A DNA stretch of 63,972 nt, filler included, from Blastocystis sp. subtype 4 (Eukaryota): assembly GCF_000743755.1 (NCBI RefSeq). It is 6 parts of 6 records of this genome, joined end to end, with 100 filler letters (N's around TTAATTAATTAA, not from the genome) between each part and the next. Parts side by side here need not be neighbours in the genome. Positions count along the whole stretch, not along the records: positions 54,888 to 63,972 come from NW_014569190.1; 5 more parts are not named here. The stretch is one strand, 5' to 3'. Of this stretch, positions 63,528-63,972 are shown piece after piece (the stretch's first letter is position 1; the number at the start of each line of letters is the position of its first letter). Position numbers and translations under genes: made by a program. Below the pieces are notes generated by a model. It had not been told where the DNA came from and made no database searches. It saw only the letters and a list, made by a program, of their open reading frames with translations.

Positions 63528-63972
63528 ATGTTCGAAAAGGAAGTTGTCATTGATTGTCGTGGCCACATTATGGGTCGTTTGGCCTCCATTGTTGCCAAGG
63601 AGCTGCTTTGCGGCCAGAAGGTGGTGTGTGTGCGTTGTGAGGAGCTGAACATCACTGGAAACAGTAGAGTGTGTCAATGAGGTGTTGAATGTGTAGTGAT
63701 GCGTAACTCTGTCCGTCGTGAGGCTTTCATGCGTAAGACGATGAACACCAACCCTGCTCGTGGTCATCGTCATCAGCGTTCTCCTGCTAAGATCTTCGAG
63801 CGTACCATTCGTGGTATGGTTCCTCACAAGTCTCCTCGTGGTGGTGAGGCTCTGAGCCGTCTCCGTTGCTATGAGGGAGTGCCTGAGGATTATGCTAAGG
63901 TGAAGCGTATGGTTGTTCCTGATGCTTATCGTGTGACCAGACTGAGGTGGGTGAAGAAGAGATGATTGATGG
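63528..63972 (+). CDS. RPL13A: 60S ribosomal protein L13a/uL13, 3'-truncated
   Basis: [70 protein letters not shown]. Confidence 0.96.

Overview
Eukaryotic nuclear DNA from a very compact genome, almost certainly the anaerobic gut stramenopile Blastocystis. The basis is inference from ~27-36 nt GT-AG introns throughout, intergenic gaps often under 100 bp, and a TGTTTGTT-type motif just downstream of most genes; the subtype cannot be determined here. The window is not contiguous. It is six ~9-11 kb contigs joined by artificial 100-nt linkers (44 N + TTAATTAATTAA + 44 N), so synteny across linkers is meaningless. I can support about 40 protein genes or gene fragments, mostly housekeeping (SPT6, Aurora, CK2-beta, TFIP11, IMP3, V-ATPase d, Derlin, SRP19, OSGEPL1, WDR74, FolD, ALG10, importin-7/8, eIF4E, MetAP2, IST1, PARL, ribosomal proteins), plus tRNA-Val(CAC) and an unannotated U3 snoRNA. 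Most notable: (1) six genes whose stop codon appears to be made by polyadenylation (in-frame T exactly 5 nt before the motif); (2) back-to-back 3'-end motifs shared by convergent genes; (3) a doublecortin-domain/Rab GTPase fusion; (4) a secreted, catalytically dead papain-fold + mucin + LRR protein; (5) a long-loop ferredoxin resembling complex I bridge ferredoxins; (6) a perfect 24-bp inverted repeat filling a bidirectional promoter; (7) a LolD/MacB-type ABC ATPase; (8) an intronless Ig-repeat surface protein; (9) a ~99% identical TRAP-alpha duplicate; (10) a frameshifting deletion in an ABCC gene. Gene boundaries come from manual splicing, and family calls come from motif recognition without database searches.
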